Below, piece by piece: positions 63,690-64,000 of a stretch of 64,000 nucleotides of DNA. The stretch is from Lama glama. Lineage: Eukaryota. The notes under the pieces are model-generated. The model had not been told where the DNA came from, did no database searches, and was given only the letters and a program-made list of their open reading frames with translations. Each line of letters opens with the position of its first letter. Position 1 is the first letter of the stretch. A program made the position numbers and the translations under genes. The stretch lies in assembly GCA_028534125.1 (NCBI GenBank), contig CM052816.1, positions 20,400,001-20,464,000 on the forward strand, written 5' to 3'.

Positions 63690-64000
63690 CGGGAGAAGCC
63701 GGGAGGAGGGGTATTTTGTGTGGTGGGAGGGCTTGTCGCCTGCCGGGCTCCACACGAGCCTGGGGCGAGAGCTCACCCCCTCCCCGCGGCGGCTGCAGAG
63801 ATTGCCCTGAAGCGCAGGGAGTCCTCCCGCCCCGCGTGCGCGCCCAGCTGCTCCGCGCACCTGCCGCGGGCCCCGTGCGGGTCTGAGCGGCGGGCGGGCG
63901 GCGCGCACAGGTGGCGGCGATTGGGTAGGCGGGGCCGGGTGGGTGACGTCACGGGCTCCGGTCCCGGCGGCAGAAATAGGGCAGCCGCGGCGGCGGTGCT
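63690..64000 (+). promoter_or_regulatory. CpG island / probable proximal promoter of an unidentified gene (continues beyond the window)
   Basis: Abrupt rise in GC and CpG compared with the CpG-depleted remainder. Inverted CCAAT (attgg 63920-63924), GC box (aggcggggc 63927-63935), palindromic CRE gTGACGTCAc (63943-63952), AT-containing cagaaatagg (63971-63980). Strand is inferred, not proven. Confidence 0.8.

Noticed and set aside
63562..63908. GC-rich minus-strand ORFs in the CpG island as a first coding exon
   Set aside because: No ATG start, and the Arg/Gly/Ala/Pro-rich composition is expected from stop-codon scarcity in GC-rich DNA.
1..64000. The many 60-176 aa ORFs in the six-frame track as protein-coding genes
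   Set aside because: Short, frequently starting at GTG/TTG, overlapping in all frames and mostly inside repeats. This is the expected background for mammalian non-coding DNA. I recognised no host protein. Small spliced exons or lncRNA exons cannot be excluded by eye.
1..64000. CRISPR array, operon, defence system or other prokaryote-like novel system
   Set aside because: No regularly spaced repeat-spacer array and no gene-dense segment. Composition and repeats are mammalian throughout.

Overview
Mammalian genomic DNA, most likely from a camelid (camel/alpaca lineage). The evidence is three copies of a Vic-1-type tRNA-derived SINE and several cetartiodactyl-type L1 3' ends. By eye roughly half the window is interspersed repeat: L2, MIR, CR1/L3, L1s of several ages, ERVL/MaLR LTRs and hAT MITEs, often nested. 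I found no protein-coding exon, RNA gene or CRISPR array. The only ORF-track hits with recognisable homology are fossil retroelement proteins (L1 ORF2 RT; ERV-L integrase end plus dUTPase). The window ends inside a CpG island with a CCAAT/GC-box/CRE promoter cassette, so it probably represents about 64 kb upstream of an unidentified gene starting near or just beyond position 64000. I do not see a previously undescribed biological system. The most notable items are a 166-bp twin-primed L1 with intact TSDs, an ERV-L dUTPase fossil with PPT and LTR, a hollowed full-length old L1 with remnant TSDs, two perfect palindromes, an L2-derived hairpin and several repeat-free enhancer candidates. Repeat subfamily names come from remembered consensus sequences, and most repeat boundaries are approximate.
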